A stretch of DNA of 64,000 nt from a virus (Duplodnaviria; Caudoviricetes), in the IMG/VR virus record IMGVR_UViG_3300021400_001692, positions 14,815-78,814 of that record, one strand, 5' to 3'. Shown here in pieces: positions 17,696 through 26,991 of the stretch. The notes beneath the pieces were generated by a model. It was not told the origin of the DNA and made no database searches. It saw only the letters and a list, made by a program, of their open reading frames with translations. Numbering within the stretch: position 1 is the first letter of the stretch; each line of letters starts with the position of its first letter. Position numbers and translations under genes: made by a program.

Positions 17696-18769
17696 ATGCC
17701 TGAATACACCACCACCTCCGTGAGCACGGAAATGCTCAATTCCGCTTTCTGCGAGAAAGTCTTTGGCGGGCAGATCAAGGAAGCCGAAGAGAACGGCTCC
17801 CAGTATATCCGCACCAAGCTCTATGAAAACGGTATTTTCCGCCGCGTGTTCCAGTCCCGCACCGTCACCCCCGACGAACTGGACCCTGAAATCGGACACG
17901 ATCAGCCGTCCATCATCTGCGAAATCGCTCCCGAAGCGCCTGCCGCCACGTTCGTTCCCTTCAAGGGCACTGCCGACCGTGAATACTACAACGGCAACCG
18001 CTTCCGCATTCCTTTCGGCCTCGTCGAAAGCGTGCGCCAGAGCAAGAGCAAGTACGAGCTGATGACCATCCGCATGCCCATCCAGGATTGGCTGCAGGAA
18101 CATCAGGTCAAGGCCCTTCAGCAGGAAGAAGATTCCTACATCATGGGCACGCTCCGCGACATCCTTGAAAAGAACCGCGTTGAAGCCAAAAACAGCCCCA
18201 GCACCATCAAGCAGACCATCTACATCCCCGGTGACATGCATTTCAAGGATGACTTCATTGGTGGTCTCAACCTGATGACCCGCCTCCGCCTGCCCATGGG
18301 CAAGGTGCTGATGCATGCCAACACCTTCACTGAAATTCTGAAGCTGAAGATTGACGAGATCGGCCATACCCCACAGGAAGAGCATTATCGTCGCGGCCTG
18401 GAAGGGGAAGACTCCTTCCTGGGCGTGCCGGTCATTACGACCATCAAGGACGACATCGTCCACGAAAACGAAATGTTCTTCTTCACCAGCCAGGATTACT
18501 TCGCGAAGTTCTACTTCATTGACGACGCCATCCTGCATCTGAAGACGGAAGGCCATATGGTCGAGTTCTACACCTACGAAGTGCCTGGCTTCGGCATCGG
18601 CAACACCAAGGGTGTCGTCCGTGTTGCTTGGGAAGCTGACCCTGACAACTCCACCACCGCTGGCGGCACTGGCACTGGCACTGGCACTGGCACTGGCACT
18701 GGCACTGGCACTGGCACTGGCACTGGCACTGGTACGGGCACTGGCACCACGGACCCCAGCAACCCCTAA
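17696..18769 (+). CDS. Major capsid protein (HK97 fold) with (Gly-Thr)n tail
   Basis: 357 aa; strongest codon bias in window; position after protease/scaffold/cement; ends E.PGFGIGNTKGVVRV; followed by terminator. Confidence 0.8.
   Translation: MPEYTTTSVSTEMLNSAFCEKVFGGQIKEAEENGSQYIRTKLYENGIFRRVFQSRTVTPDELDPEIGHDQPSIICEIAPEAPAATFVPFKGTADREYYNGNRFRIPFGLVESVRQSKSKYELMTIRMPIQDWLQEHQVKALQQEEDSYIMGTLRDILEKNRVEAKNSPSTIKQTIYIPGDMHFKDDFIGGLNLMTRLRLPMGKVLMHANTFTEILKLKIDEIGHTPQEEHYRRGLEGEDSFLGVPVITTIKDDIVHENEMFFFTSQDYFAKFYFIDDAILHLKTEGHMVEFYTYEVPGFGIGNTKGVVRVAWEADPDNSTTAGGTGTGTGTGTGTGTGTGTGTGTGTGTGTTDPSNP
18665..18748 (+). repeat. GGCACT hexamer microsatellite in capsid gene
   Basis: 11 perfect copies at 18665-18730 followed by GGTACG GGCACT GGCACC. 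Confidence 0.95.
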
Positions 18770-18801
18770 CGGCCAGATAAAAGGTCGCGTTTAGATTAGC
18801 C

Positions 18802-18832
18802 GAGGGCGGAGGCGGAAGCCCCCGCCCTTTTT
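18802..18832 (+). terminator. Intrinsic terminator after capsid gene
   Basis: AGGGCGG...CCGCCCT stem followed by T tract. Confidence 0.75.
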
Positions 18833-18843
18833 AAGAGGTTGAG

Positions 18844-19161
18844 ATGAAAATCAAGAATGTGACTAATTCATACTATGGGCTGGGCCACGGCTTTCTGTTT
18901 AAGCCAGGTTTCCTGCTCGACCTGAATAGCCATCCAGAGCTTGACACTCCGTATGTCCGCAGCTGCATCGCCAATGGCATTTTCGCCGTTGTTGATGCGC
19001 CCAAGGCGAAGCCCGCTCCCGCTCCCGTTGTGGAAGAGCCTGTTCCTGCTCAAGTTGTGGAAGAGCCAGTTCCTGCTCCCGTTGTTGAAGAGCCCGCTCC
19101 TGTTGTTGAAGCAGAAGCCGAAGAGCAGCCGAAGCCGCGTGGCAAACGCCGCAGGGGATAG
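18844..19161 (+). CDS. Small head-associated protein with PAPVVEEP repeats
   Basis: 105 aa; compact N-terminal domain, three 27-bp repeats, basic C-terminus. Confidence 0.7.
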   Translation: MKIKNVTNSYYGLGHGFLFKPGFLLDLNSHPELDTPYVRSCIANGIFAVVDAPKAKPAPAPVVEEPVPAQVVEEPVPAPVVEEPAPVVEAEAEEQPKPRGKRRRG

Positions 19162-19164
19162 CAG

Positions 19165-19611
19165 ATGGCCCTGAGCGTTGCCGACATACGCCTGTACTGC
19201 AAGGACATCGAGCCGATGAACGTCCTTCTCGAAGGGCGTTTGCAGTCGTCTGACGAGCTCATCATGTTCTGCATGAAGCTCGCCTGCAACGACTTCAACA
19301 TTGTGCCTCCCGTCGGGAAAGCCACGGTTGCGAAGTTCCCATCGGACACCATCATGCTCTACGGCACGCTGCACCACCTGTGCAACGCGGAGGCGGAGCG
19401 ACAGCTCCGCAACCAGGCGACTTACTCGGCACAGGGCCTGAACGCTGGCATCGACGACAAGTTTGAGCAGTACAACCGCCTTGCTGCGTACTATAAGCAG
19501 CTGTTTGACCAGAAGATAGCCGAGTACAAGCAGTACCAGAACCTTGACAAGGCCTGGGGCGGATCAGGCTCGCCGTACGCCTACCTCAACGAGTACAACT
19601 TCAGGAGCTAG
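19165..19611 (+). CDS. Putative head-tail adaptor/neck protein
   Basis: 148 aa helical protein directly after capsid module. Confidence 0.55.
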   Translation: MALSVADIRLYCKDIEPMNVLLEGRLQSSDELIMFCMKLACNDFNIVPPVGKATVAKFPSDTIMLYGTLHHLCNAEAERQLRNQATYSAQGLNAGIDDKFEQYNRLAAYYKQLFDQKIAEYKQYQNLDKAWGGSGSPYAYLNEYNFRS

Positions 19612-19612
19612 C

Positions 19613-20170
19613 TTGGAAGACTTCCTCAAGTACGGCCCTTCCGCGCCCAAGGATACGCACGAGTTCGAGCGCTTTCCCACTCAGAAATACCTGACCGGGT
19701 ACGCGTCAAAAATCACGCGCGACCTTGAAACGTGGGCGAGGCTGTACAACGGGAAGAAGATCGTGCTTTTCACGCTGGAAGGCACGCACCGCTGCCCTAA
19801 ATGCACGAACGTGATAACCGGCGAAACGCTTTCGTCCTCCTGCAAGGAGTGCGGTGGCACGGGCATTGTCAATGCCTGGAAGAAGCGCGGCGAGTTCTGG
19901 GCGTATGTTGACTTCGGGCCGAACTATGAAATGGAAGGCCCGTACGGCAACACCAAGAATCCTGGCGGAGTGAAAGAGACGTTCATCATTATCGGGGCGC
20001 CTCCCATCCACGACCAGGATTTCTTTGTCACCTACGACACCAAGGAAGTGTTCAAGGTGTTCAACGCCGAGCCGCGCATCATTGCGATGGGCGGCACGGT
20101 TGTTGCCCAGGCGGCGCAGGCGTCCAACACGGAAGACGATTCCCCGCTTTACAGGGAGATTGACTGGTAA
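19613..20170 (+). CDS. Putative head closure/neck protein with Zn finger
   Basis: TTG start after AGGAG; CPKC...CKECGGTG motif; neck position. Confidence 0.55.
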   Translation: MEDFLKYGPSAPKDTHEFERFPTQKYLTGYASKITRDLETWARLYNGKKIVLFTLEGTHRCPKCTNVITGETLSSSCKECGGTGIVNAWKKRGEFWAYVDFGPNYEMEGPYGNTKNPGGVKETFIIIGAPPIHDQDFFVTYDTKEVFKVFNAEPRIIAMGGTVVAQAAQASNTEDDSPLYREIDW

Positions 20171-20790
20171 TGCTGAAGAAGCCCATCGGGAGCAAGCTTG
20201 TTCCCTATGCCTCGCCGCTGCACGTCACCGAAGTGGCCATGCTGCTTCTCAAGATGTATTTCAGCAGGCTGCCGGAAGACGACCCCTACCGCTTTTGCAA
20301 TGAGCTCGACCTTACCGGAGTGCTGTTCGATACCGCATTGAACAAGGATTCCTCGGTTGTTGCGAACAAGCCGCTGATAACGGTCGGGCGCGGCATGCAG
20401 AGCTTCAACGTCGCCATGCTCGGCGACGTTGCCACGTTCAGCATGCCGAAGGCGTCCAGGCAGGCATCCAACCTTGTTGAATCGGCAGTCGACGTGCATG
20501 TGCTCAGCAGGAAGCGGGCGGAGGCGGACATACTTGGCGAGCGTGTGTTCGCCATGCTCATGGAGATGCGGGCCTTGCTGCCAGTGCTGCTTCCGCTGCA
20601 CATGGTAAGGGCTGTCACGATGACGCAGGCGCAGCCTATGGAGCAGGACGACCAGTGCTTTGCCGTCGACCTGTCCATGCAGTACGTGATGCAGTACAAG
20701 TGGGACCATTCCACGAATGCCGACATATTGCAGGATATCCGAGGTATAATTAACGCGCCCGATAGGACAATATTTAATCAAACAACTTAA
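20170..20790 (+). CDS. Putative tail terminator/completion protein
   Basis: 206 aa alpha/beta protein directly upstream of sheath. Confidence 0.5.
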   Translation: MLKKPIGSKLVPYASPLHVTEVAMLLLKMYFSRLPEDDPYRFCNELDLTGVLFDTALNKDSSVVANKPLITVGRGMQSFNVAMLGDVATFSMPKASRQASNLVESAVDVHVLSRKRAEADILGERVFAMLMEMRALLPVLLPLHMVRAVTMTQAQPMEQDDQCFAVDLSMQYVMQYKWDHSTNADILQDIRGIINAPDRTIFNQTT

Positions 20791-20813
20791 ACCATCAGCA
20801 TGAGGTTTCAATA

Positions 20814-22790
20814 ATGGCCTATATCGAACCCCTAGTAATGGTGTATCAGGAGTATGCCAGCCTGAGCACCTCTACGGAGACTGCCACTCTGCCGGCGTGC
20901 ATCATCGGCCCCTGCTATGATGTTGTCGACCCGGTTGAGGACGCGGCCACGGCCTACCTTGGGACGTACGGGCGCGAGGGCTTGAGCGCTTACCTTACCT
21001 CGCTGCATACGGCAGGCGCCATCATAGACGAGTCCACCATCCAGGTGCTCTTTTCCTCCCCCAGGGCGCAGGTGTCCACGATTTCGGTTACTGCCAGCGC
21101 GGATTCCGTTTCTACGATTACCCTCGACACAGACGCCCTCGCGGCGGTGAAGGTCGGCGATTACATTGAGTTCGCGGTTGACGACACGTTCCAGGAAGGC
21201 ACTTGGCGCGTCGTGTCCATTACCGGGGATAAAGCCCGCCTGAGCAATCCTCTTCCCCTGGACAACACCGGAGCCGTGCTTTCCGGCCTTACCGGATACG
21301 TGTGCCGCACTGTCAGCGACTTTACTAAGAAGCTCGCTGACGTTACCGGAATGAGCTATACGGCTGCGGATGATTCGCTTGACGTTCCCTCCGGCATCAA
21401 GGTCGAAGTGAAGGTCGGCACTACGACGGTGGACGCCGATGTCGTGTACGCCAACATCTATGTCGGCTTCAAGGCGCTCCGCCAGGATCTCTCCGAAGTC
21501 GGCGTCGTCTACTCCGTCGATGAGATTATCGCCCAGTGCGGCAAGATCACCAAGGAGAACCCGCTGGCCTTCGGCCTCAGCGTTGCCCTCGCCAACTCCG
21601 CGGACACCGGTATCTACTATGTTGGCATCGACACGGACGATCTTGAAGGCTACACCGCCGCCAAGGACAAGATCGAGCACTACAGCCCGCTGTACTCCAT
21701 CGTTCCGCTGACTTTCCAGAAGGGTGTGCTTGCCATGTTCAAGCAGCATGCGGAAGCCATGAGCCAGGCTGAAATCGGCCAGTGGCGTGTTGCGTTCGGC
21801 TGCACTGAGTTCCCCAAGGAAATTGTCCTCGCTGAGGGCAACGGCACCGTGAAGCTCATGGGTGAAAAGCTTCGCCGCATCGAAGACCTGGACGGCTCCT
21901 TCATCGAGGACGGCGTTGACGCCAACGACATCCTTGAGGTTTGGCAGACTCCTGCGGAAGGCGCGGAAATCGTTTCCTATCGTCTGCCAATCAAGGAAGT
22001 CACCAACACGCTCATTGTGCTTGACGCAGCTAAGAGCCTCACCGGCCCCACGCCAACGCTGGTCGACGGCGTTACGCTGGCCACGGGCGTGTTTGCCGCA
22101 GGCGACTTGGTCAACTACCGCATTATCAAGAAGAACGTGTCCAAGGTCGACGAGGCCAAGGCCATTGCCGCTGTGTCCAAGTCTTATGGCAGCCCTCGCT
22201 TCGTCAACGTGTGGCCTGATGTTTGCGTGATCGACGGCGAAGAGCTCCCCGGCTACTACCTGTGCTGCGCCATTGCCGGCGCGGTTGCCACGCTGCAGCC
22301 CCATTACGGCTTCACTCGCACCTCCATTGCGGGCATTGACGCCGTGAAGCACTCCGGCGACTACTTCAACCGCGAGCAGCTGAACATGATCGCCGACGGC
22401 GGCACGTTCATCTTCGTGCAGGAAGCCCCCACGGCAGTGCCCAGCATCCGCCATCAGCTGACCACGGACCGCAGCGCCCTCGAGTTCCAGGAACTCTCCT
22501 TCGTGAAGAACTTCGACTACGTGTGCTACATCCTCAAGGATGTTCTCGACCGCTTCATCGGTAAGTGGAACATCACGGAAAGCACCCTTGCGGCAGTCCG
22601 CACCGCCATCACCGGCGTGCTGGAAAACCTCCGCCTGGAGTCCTATCCGAAGATTGGCTCCCCTGTCATTTCCTACAGCGTCAACGAAGTGCGCCGCAGC
22701 GACGTTTCCCGCGACCGCATCGAAGCCTTCGCGGACGTTGAATTCCCGTACCCCCTCAACACCATTGCCATGCACGTCATAAGCGTGTAG
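20814..22790 (+). CDS. Contractile tail sheath protein
   Basis: 658 aa; C-terminal sheath-like pattern (LNMIADGGTFIF..IRHQLTTD..ELSFVKNFDY..FIGKWNI..VEFPYPLNTI); followed by tube gene. Confidence 0.85.
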   Translation: MAYIEPLVMVYQEYASLSTSTETATLPACIIGPCYDVVDPVEDAATAYLGTYGREGLSAYLTSLHTAGAIIDESTIQVLFSSPRAQVSTISVTASADSVSTITLDTDALAAVKVGDYIEFAVDDTFQEGTWRVVSITGDKARLSNPLPLDNTGAVLSGLTGYVCRTVSDFTKKLADVTGMSYTAADDSLDVPSGIKVEVKVGTTTVDADVVYANIYVGFKALRQDLSEVGVVYSVDEIIAQCGKITKENPLAFGLSVALANSADTGIYYVGIDTDDLEGYTAAKDKIEHYSPLYSIVPLTFQKGVLAMFKQHAEAMSQAEIGQWRVAFGCTEFPKEIVLAEGNGTVKLMGEKLRRIEDLDGSFIEDGVDANDILEVWQTPAEGAEIVSYRLPIKEVTNTLIVLDAAKSLTGPTPTLVDGVTLATGVFAAGDLVNYRIIKKNVSKVDEAKAIAAVSKSYGSPRFVNVWPDVCVIDGEELPGYYLCCAIAGAVATLQPHYGFTRTSIAGIDAVKHSGDYFNREQLNMIADGGTFIFVQEAPTAVPSIRHQLTTDRSALEFQELSFVKNFDYVCYILKDVLDRFIGKWNITESTLAAVRTAITGVLENLRLESYPKIGSPVISYSVNEVRRSDVSRDRIEAFADVEFPYPLNTIAMHVISV

Positions 22791-22803
22791 TCCGGAGGCA
22801 CTC

Positions 22804-23562
22804 ATGGCTTCGAACGCCGATTATTCCAAAGTTACTTTCGGGCCTACCGGATCTTGGAACATCTACAAGGATTCCATCTCCGGCAAGGTGAATGATGTCA
22901 ATTCCTGGGTCGAAGAGTACAAGCACGCCTTCATCAACCAGAACCACGATGAGTCTCAGCTCAACCTGATTCTGCCTGACGACTGCCTTGTGCTCATCGG
23001 GCCGCCCCGCCTCAAGGACGCCCAGGACACCAGCGGCATGTACGCCGTCGGCTTCCTTAACCAGATTTCCTACACGGAAACCCGCAACGTGCAGCCCCTC
23101 AAGGCCATCGGCTCCCGCCGGCACATCTTTGCGGCCACCAACAACCCCGTGCAGGGGACCATCACGCGCCTGATGTTCATTGGCGACAAACTGCTCCGCG
23201 CCCTGTCCAAGTCCCAGAGCATCCCGGACAGCATCGCCAAGAACGTCAACAGCACCTACTACGACGGCAAGCTGTTCAACGAAAACGCCTCCAACGGCGA
23301 AGTCGGCGAATGGTTCTCCAACATCGAGGAAGACCTCTTCCGCGTGCCGTTCGGCATGGGCGTCATCTACAACAGCCCCTCCTCCCTCGCCTCCTCGAAC
23401 AGCAAGTTCGACGCCGGCAAGGGCGTTGCCGAATACATTGAAGGCTGCGTGCTGCTTAACCGCACCATGAGCCTCCAGTCCGGACAGGCCATGGTCATGG
23501 AGCAGGTTACTTTCATGGCAGACCGCGTGGTCGGCTGGTCCAGCTGGAACGGCAACAACTAA
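22804..23562 (+). CDS. Tail tube protein
   Basis: Follows sheath; AVGFLNQISYTE.R.VQPLKAIGS and VMEQVTFMADRV patterns. Confidence 0.75.
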   Translation: MASNADYSKVTFGPTGSWNIYKDSISGKVNDVNSWVEEYKHAFINQNHDESQLNLILPDDCLVLIGPPRLKDAQDTSGMYAVGFLNQISYTETRNVQPLKAIGSRRHIFAATNNPVQGTITRLMFIGDKLLRALSKSQSIPDSIAKNVNSTYYDGKLFNENASNGEVGEWFSNIEEDLFRVPFGMGVIYNSPSSLASSNSKFDAGKGVAEYIEGCVLLNRTMSLQSGQAMVMEQVTFMADRVVGWSSWNGNN

Positions 23563-23587
23563 ATCAACCTCCACACCCCTCCCCCTA

Positions 23588-23629
23588 GGCTGCGTGCGCT
23601 CATCCTCCGGCGTGCGCAGCCATTTTTTA
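23588..23629 (+). terminator. Intrinsic terminator after tube gene
   Basis: GGCTGCGTGCGC...GCGTGCGCAGCC stem then ATTTTTTT. Confidence 0.8.
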
Positions 23630-23646
23630 TGCTGATATTTGCCTAC

Positions 23647-23663
23647 CAGGTGGGCAATCTTTA
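23647..23663 (+). promoter_or_regulatory. Putative phage late promoter motif
   Basis: CAG-GTGG-GCAATCTTTA just after terminator, upstream of spike gene. Confidence 0.55.
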
Positions 23664-23666
23664 GGC

Positions 23667-24893
23667 ATGAACACGAGCCCTTTCCGCACAGGAACGATAA
23701 TCAGTTTCGAGCCTAAGACGTGCACCTGCGACGTCAGCTTTTCCTTATGGGACGGCGTCATCAAGAACGTGCCCATCATGGGCACCGCCGGTGGAACCTT
23801 CTCAAACGACCTTACCGTAACGCAGACCTATGTGGGGCAGCTTGCCCTGCTGGCATACGTTGACGCCCAGTGGTACGTTGTTGGAACGCTGCCCATGCGC
23901 AAAGCCATCTCCGCTTCCGGGATAACAAGCACGACGGGGACGGACACTGGCGCAGATACATATTCGCGCAGCGAGAACCCTAATGATTACGTTGCTGGAC
24001 GCTTTTCCGACTATCTGCCCGGAGACAAGGTTCTTCAGGCTGACAACGGAGGGTTCCTGCTGCTCGGCACTGGCGGACTTGCTATTCTGCAGGCGTCTCC
24101 CTTGGCGCAGGTGCAGCTTGGCGCTGGGAAGGACTTTTGCCGCATTGTCGCCCGTGAATTCGAGGTGGCATCAGACGTCGGCATGATGCGTTTTACTGGT
24201 GGCGGGCCGAATGGCGGAACAAGCCTTCTGTTTACCGGAGGGGCCAGCTACAGCGATGAATCTGCAACGGACGATGCTCCGGCGACTTCCGTGAAGATGG
24301 CGCTTGGCAATGTGCCAGGCGATCCTAATGCGCGGTTTGCCTTGCTTGTTGATCATCCGCTAGGAAGCAACCATGTGCACACCTATGTTGGCATAGACGG
24401 AACCTATTCGACGGAGATGACCGACGATAACGACCTCCGGATTGGCGGCAACTCAACGCATGTGGTCAATAAGAACGAGTACCACTACGTTATCGGCGAC
24501 CAGGTCGAGGTTATAGGCGACGACCCTTCCGAGGCCGAACGCCAGGCGTACGGAGAGGACTACACGGATGACATTACCGTGGCTGGCGTTACCATTCCAG
24601 GTAACCGTCCGAAGAAGTCTGGAAATAGGGATGTCACGGTCAAGCTGAAGGATAAGCTTACTGTTGAGGGCGACCAGGAAACGACTGTGCAGAAGTCGCG
24701 GTCCGTTTCCGTGCTGCTTAACGATAGCGAAACCGTGCTGCTGAAGAAGGACGTTACTGCGCTGCTGCAGTTCGATATCACTACGCGGCTGCTTAACCTG
24801 AAGGTGTGCGGCATTTCCATATCGTCACCTCCAGGATTTAAGGGCGCTGCGTGTACGCTGTCCTGTTCTTCGTTCAATATATCAAGAGGTTGA
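23667..24893 (+). CDS. Baseplate central spike (gp5/gpV/VgrG-like)
   Basis: N-terminal OB-fold-like segment (GTIISFEPKTCTCDV), YLPGDKVL..NG, C-terminal beta-helix-type repeats (LTVEGDQETTVQKSRSVSV). Confidence 0.7.
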   Translation: MNTSPFRTGTIISFEPKTCTCDVSFSLWDGVIKNVPIMGTAGGTFSNDLTVTQTYVGQLALLAYVDAQWYVVGTLPMRKAISASGITSTTGTDTGADTYSRSENPNDYVAGRFSDYLPGDKVLQADNGGFLLLGTGGLAILQASPLAQVQLGAGKDFCRIVAREFEVASDVGMMRFTGGGPNGGTSLLFTGGASYSDESATDDAPATSVKMALGNVPGDPNARFALLVDHPLGSNHVHTYVGIDGTYSTEMTDDNDLRIGGNSTHVVNKNEYHYVIGDQVEVIGDDPSEAERQAYGEDYTDDITVAGVTIPGNRPKKSGNRDVTVKLKDKLTVEGDQETTVQKSRSVSVLLNDSETVLLKKDVTALLQFDITTRLLNLKVCGISISSPPGFKGAACTLSCSSFNISRG

Positions 24894-24895
24894 TA

Positions 24896-25696
24896 ATGGG
24901 TATCAGTGCCATAGCTGTTTTAGCCTGCGAAACGCTGCTGTCCTTGTACAGGGAGATGTTCAACACTCTCAAGGACATGATAAAGCGCATAAAGAAGCTT
25001 CTCCGCAAGGTAGTGAACATGTTCACTATTCCATTTGAGAAGATTCTCAAGCAGATTATGTCCTACATAGATTTCCTGAAGAACATCAACTTTGATTTCA
25101 GGTTTGGGCTTCAGGATCTGATCGACGCGATAGACCTTGTTTTCAAATGCCCTATTTTGGACGCCATGATAGGCACGACGGCAAGGGGATTGATGGACGC
25201 AATTAAGAAGGGCTTGGACCTGCCAAAAACCCTGTTTGAGAACTTCAAGAACATGATTGTCGCCAAGATATCGGCTTTCATGGCTTCCATCTATGCGCTC
25301 GTTAACAACCCGTTGTCCAAGATGATGAACAAGCTCAATGGGTTTATGTCTGGGTCTTTTGGGTTGAACTATGTCCTCAATTTTATGAACGACATAGAGA
25401 AGTGTCTTGGCTTCTGCTGCAAGGCCGGGACGAAGGTGAAGATGCTTGGCGACGCTATCATAGCTGACCCGTGGGCAATGCTCGGTTTTGTTAAGGACGG
25501 CAAAGACGGGCACAAGTTTGATCCGGAAGGCGCGATTTCCAAAACCTGGAGAAATCTTAAGAACAAGGTTACGGACTCCGCTACGACGCTGAGCGACACC
25601 TGCTCGAAGCAGTTTGACGAGCTGAAGAAGGCGCTGTCCGACTTTAAGGACAAGCCCATCATCATGCCTCCGAAGCAGGCCAAGGCTGGTGCGTAA
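24896..25696 (+). CDS. Hypothetical helical protein in tail module
   Basis: ATG after AGAGG; 266 aa; Lys/Met/Phe rich. Confidence 0.65.
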   Translation: MGISAIAVLACETLLSLYREMFNTLKDMIKRIKKLLRKVVNMFTIPFEKILKQIMSYIDFLKNINFDFRFGLQDLIDAIDLVFKCPILDAMIGTTARGLMDAIKKGLDLPKTLFENFKNMIVAKISAFMASIYALVNNPLSKMMNKLNGFMSGSFGLNYVLNFMNDIEKCLGFCCKAGTKVKMLGDAIIADPWAMLGFVKDGKDGHKFDPEGAISKTWRNLKNKVTDSATTLSDTCSKQFDELKKALSDFKDKPIIMPPKQAKAGA

Positions 25697-25998
25697 TGGC
25701 TCAGGCAGTTGCCTTTGAAGGGTGCGAGTTCGAGGGTGCCTGCGACAACCCTGACCACGGGCACGTTACCGGGCATCTTGATCCGGAAACCTGCGAGTTC
25801 GCAAAGATTGAGGGAAAGAAGATCGCCGTGGTCGGTACGAAAGGCATAGGCTCTTGCGGATGCACATGCTACGTCACCACGGGGTCGGAAGTGTGGTTCA
25901 TAGAAGGAAAGGCCGTGGCACGCGAAGGAGACAGCGTAGGCCATGGCATAACCGGGCATATAAAGCCCGTGCCGAACGCTTTTGTTTTTACTGATTAG
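25696..25998 (+). CDS. PAAR-like spike tip protein
   Basis: 100 aa; Cys/His rich; IEGKKIAVVGT, VWFIEGKAVAREGDSV..G.I pattern. Confidence 0.75.
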   Translation: MAQAVAFEGCEFEGACDNPDHGHVTGHLDPETCEFAKIEGKKIAVVGTKGIGSCGCTCYVTTGSEVWFIEGKAVAREGDSVGHGITGHIKPVPNAFVFTD

Positions 25999-26014
25999 CT
26001 TAGAGGAGTGAGGT

Positions 26015-26608
26015 ATGGATATTAGGACTGCTACGAAGGGTACGAAGCCGCAGAAGCTTGTTACGGAGGCCGCCGTGCCTACTGTTACCGACAAGACGCC
26101 TACTGAGGAGCTTTATGACGGCGATGCCCTTGTGAAGGAATACATGGAATTTCTCAAGGAGCATAACATCAGCAAGGATGATGTGATGCGCCTGCTTGAT
26201 GCCATTATCACGGACGGCTCGGTTGACTGGAACGCCACGCTGTTCAATGGGCGCGTGCCTATCAGCTTCACCATGCGCAGCGGATGGGTGGAGGACGAGG
26301 TTGCCCGGCGCGTTGATGAAACCTCCGCTGATGCGAAGGGAATGTCCATGCCAAGGTTTTCTAATCTGCTCAGGATGCTCAATATTGCTGGTTCGCTCAC
26401 GAAGCTCGGTGAGCGGACGTTCTCCCTGGAGAAACCAGAAGATTTTGATGCGCAGTATGCCTTTGTGCAGTCATTGCCGTATCCGCTTATTGCCGCCATC
26501 GGCACGGAGCTTGCCGTGTTTGACCGTGCCGTAGCCGTTGCCACGTCAGACTGGGCCTTGCGAAATTTTACTGCACCCCAGAAGGAAAGTTCGCAGCCTG
26601 GCAGCTAA
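26015..26608 (+). CDS. Tail assembly chaperone (gpG-like)
   Basis: Upstream of tape measure gene; in-frame A AAT TTT slippery heptamer at 26563-26569. Confidence 0.7.
   Translation: MDIRTATKGTKPQKLVTEAAVPTVTDKTPTEELYDGDALVKEYMEFLKEHNISKDDVMRLLDAIITDGSVDWNATLFNGRVPISFTMRSGWVEDEVARRVDETSADAKGMSMPRFSNLLRMLNIAGSLTKLGERTFSLEKPEDFDAQYAFVQSLPYPLIAAIGTELAVFDRAVAVATSDWALRNFTAPQKESSQPGS
26563..26569 (+). other. Programmed -1 ribosomal frameshift site (X XXY YYZ)
   Basis: A-AAT-TTT in the chaperone frame; -1 frame is stop-free from 26569 to 26991. Confidence 0.8.
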
Positions 26609-26991
26609 AGAACTCTGGGGTTGTTTTTAGCAGGGGAACTGTGCAGTACCGGCTGCTTGGCTTGGAGTACAATGTCAGCAGTATGGTCGGCAATGCGATC
26701 GAGCGGTGGAAGGGTGCACGGCTGGCTGAGGCGAATGTGATAGCCTTGGCTGGCAGGCCGGCAGCCGCTGATTATTTACAGCAGGTTATGGCGCAGTATG
26801 ACAAGCTTGCGCAACTGATTACGAATCCGTTTATGGTTGGAAACTCCTCTAGTGCGGCAACGGATGAGGATTCCCGCAAATACCTGCATTTGATGGACGG
26901 GAAGTTTATGGGCTTCGGCGAGGCTATCGAAGCCATGAAGACAGTGAACAGGAAAGTTATAGAGGCCAAAGAGAATGCTGACCCCCGCTAG
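26569..26991 (+). CDS. Frameshift extension of tail assembly chaperone (gpGT-like)
   Basis: -1 frame reads YCTPEGKFAAWQLKNSGVVFSRGTVQYRLL... continuous with track ORF 26641-26991. Confidence 0.7.
   Translation, partial: YCTPEGKFAAWQLKNSGVVFSRGTVQYRLLGLEYNVSSMVGNAIERWKGARLAEANVIALAGRPAAADYLQQVMAQYDKLAQLITNPFMVGNSSSAATDEDSRKYLHLMDGKFMGFGEAIEAMKTVNRKVIEAKENADPR

Noticed and set aside
20832-22805. 657 aa - strand ORF (also 13338-15134, 9041-10624, 6895-7983, 44829-46061)
   Set aside because: These are antisense shadows of well-supported + strand genes, typical of GC-rich codon bias; they have no RBS or motifs.
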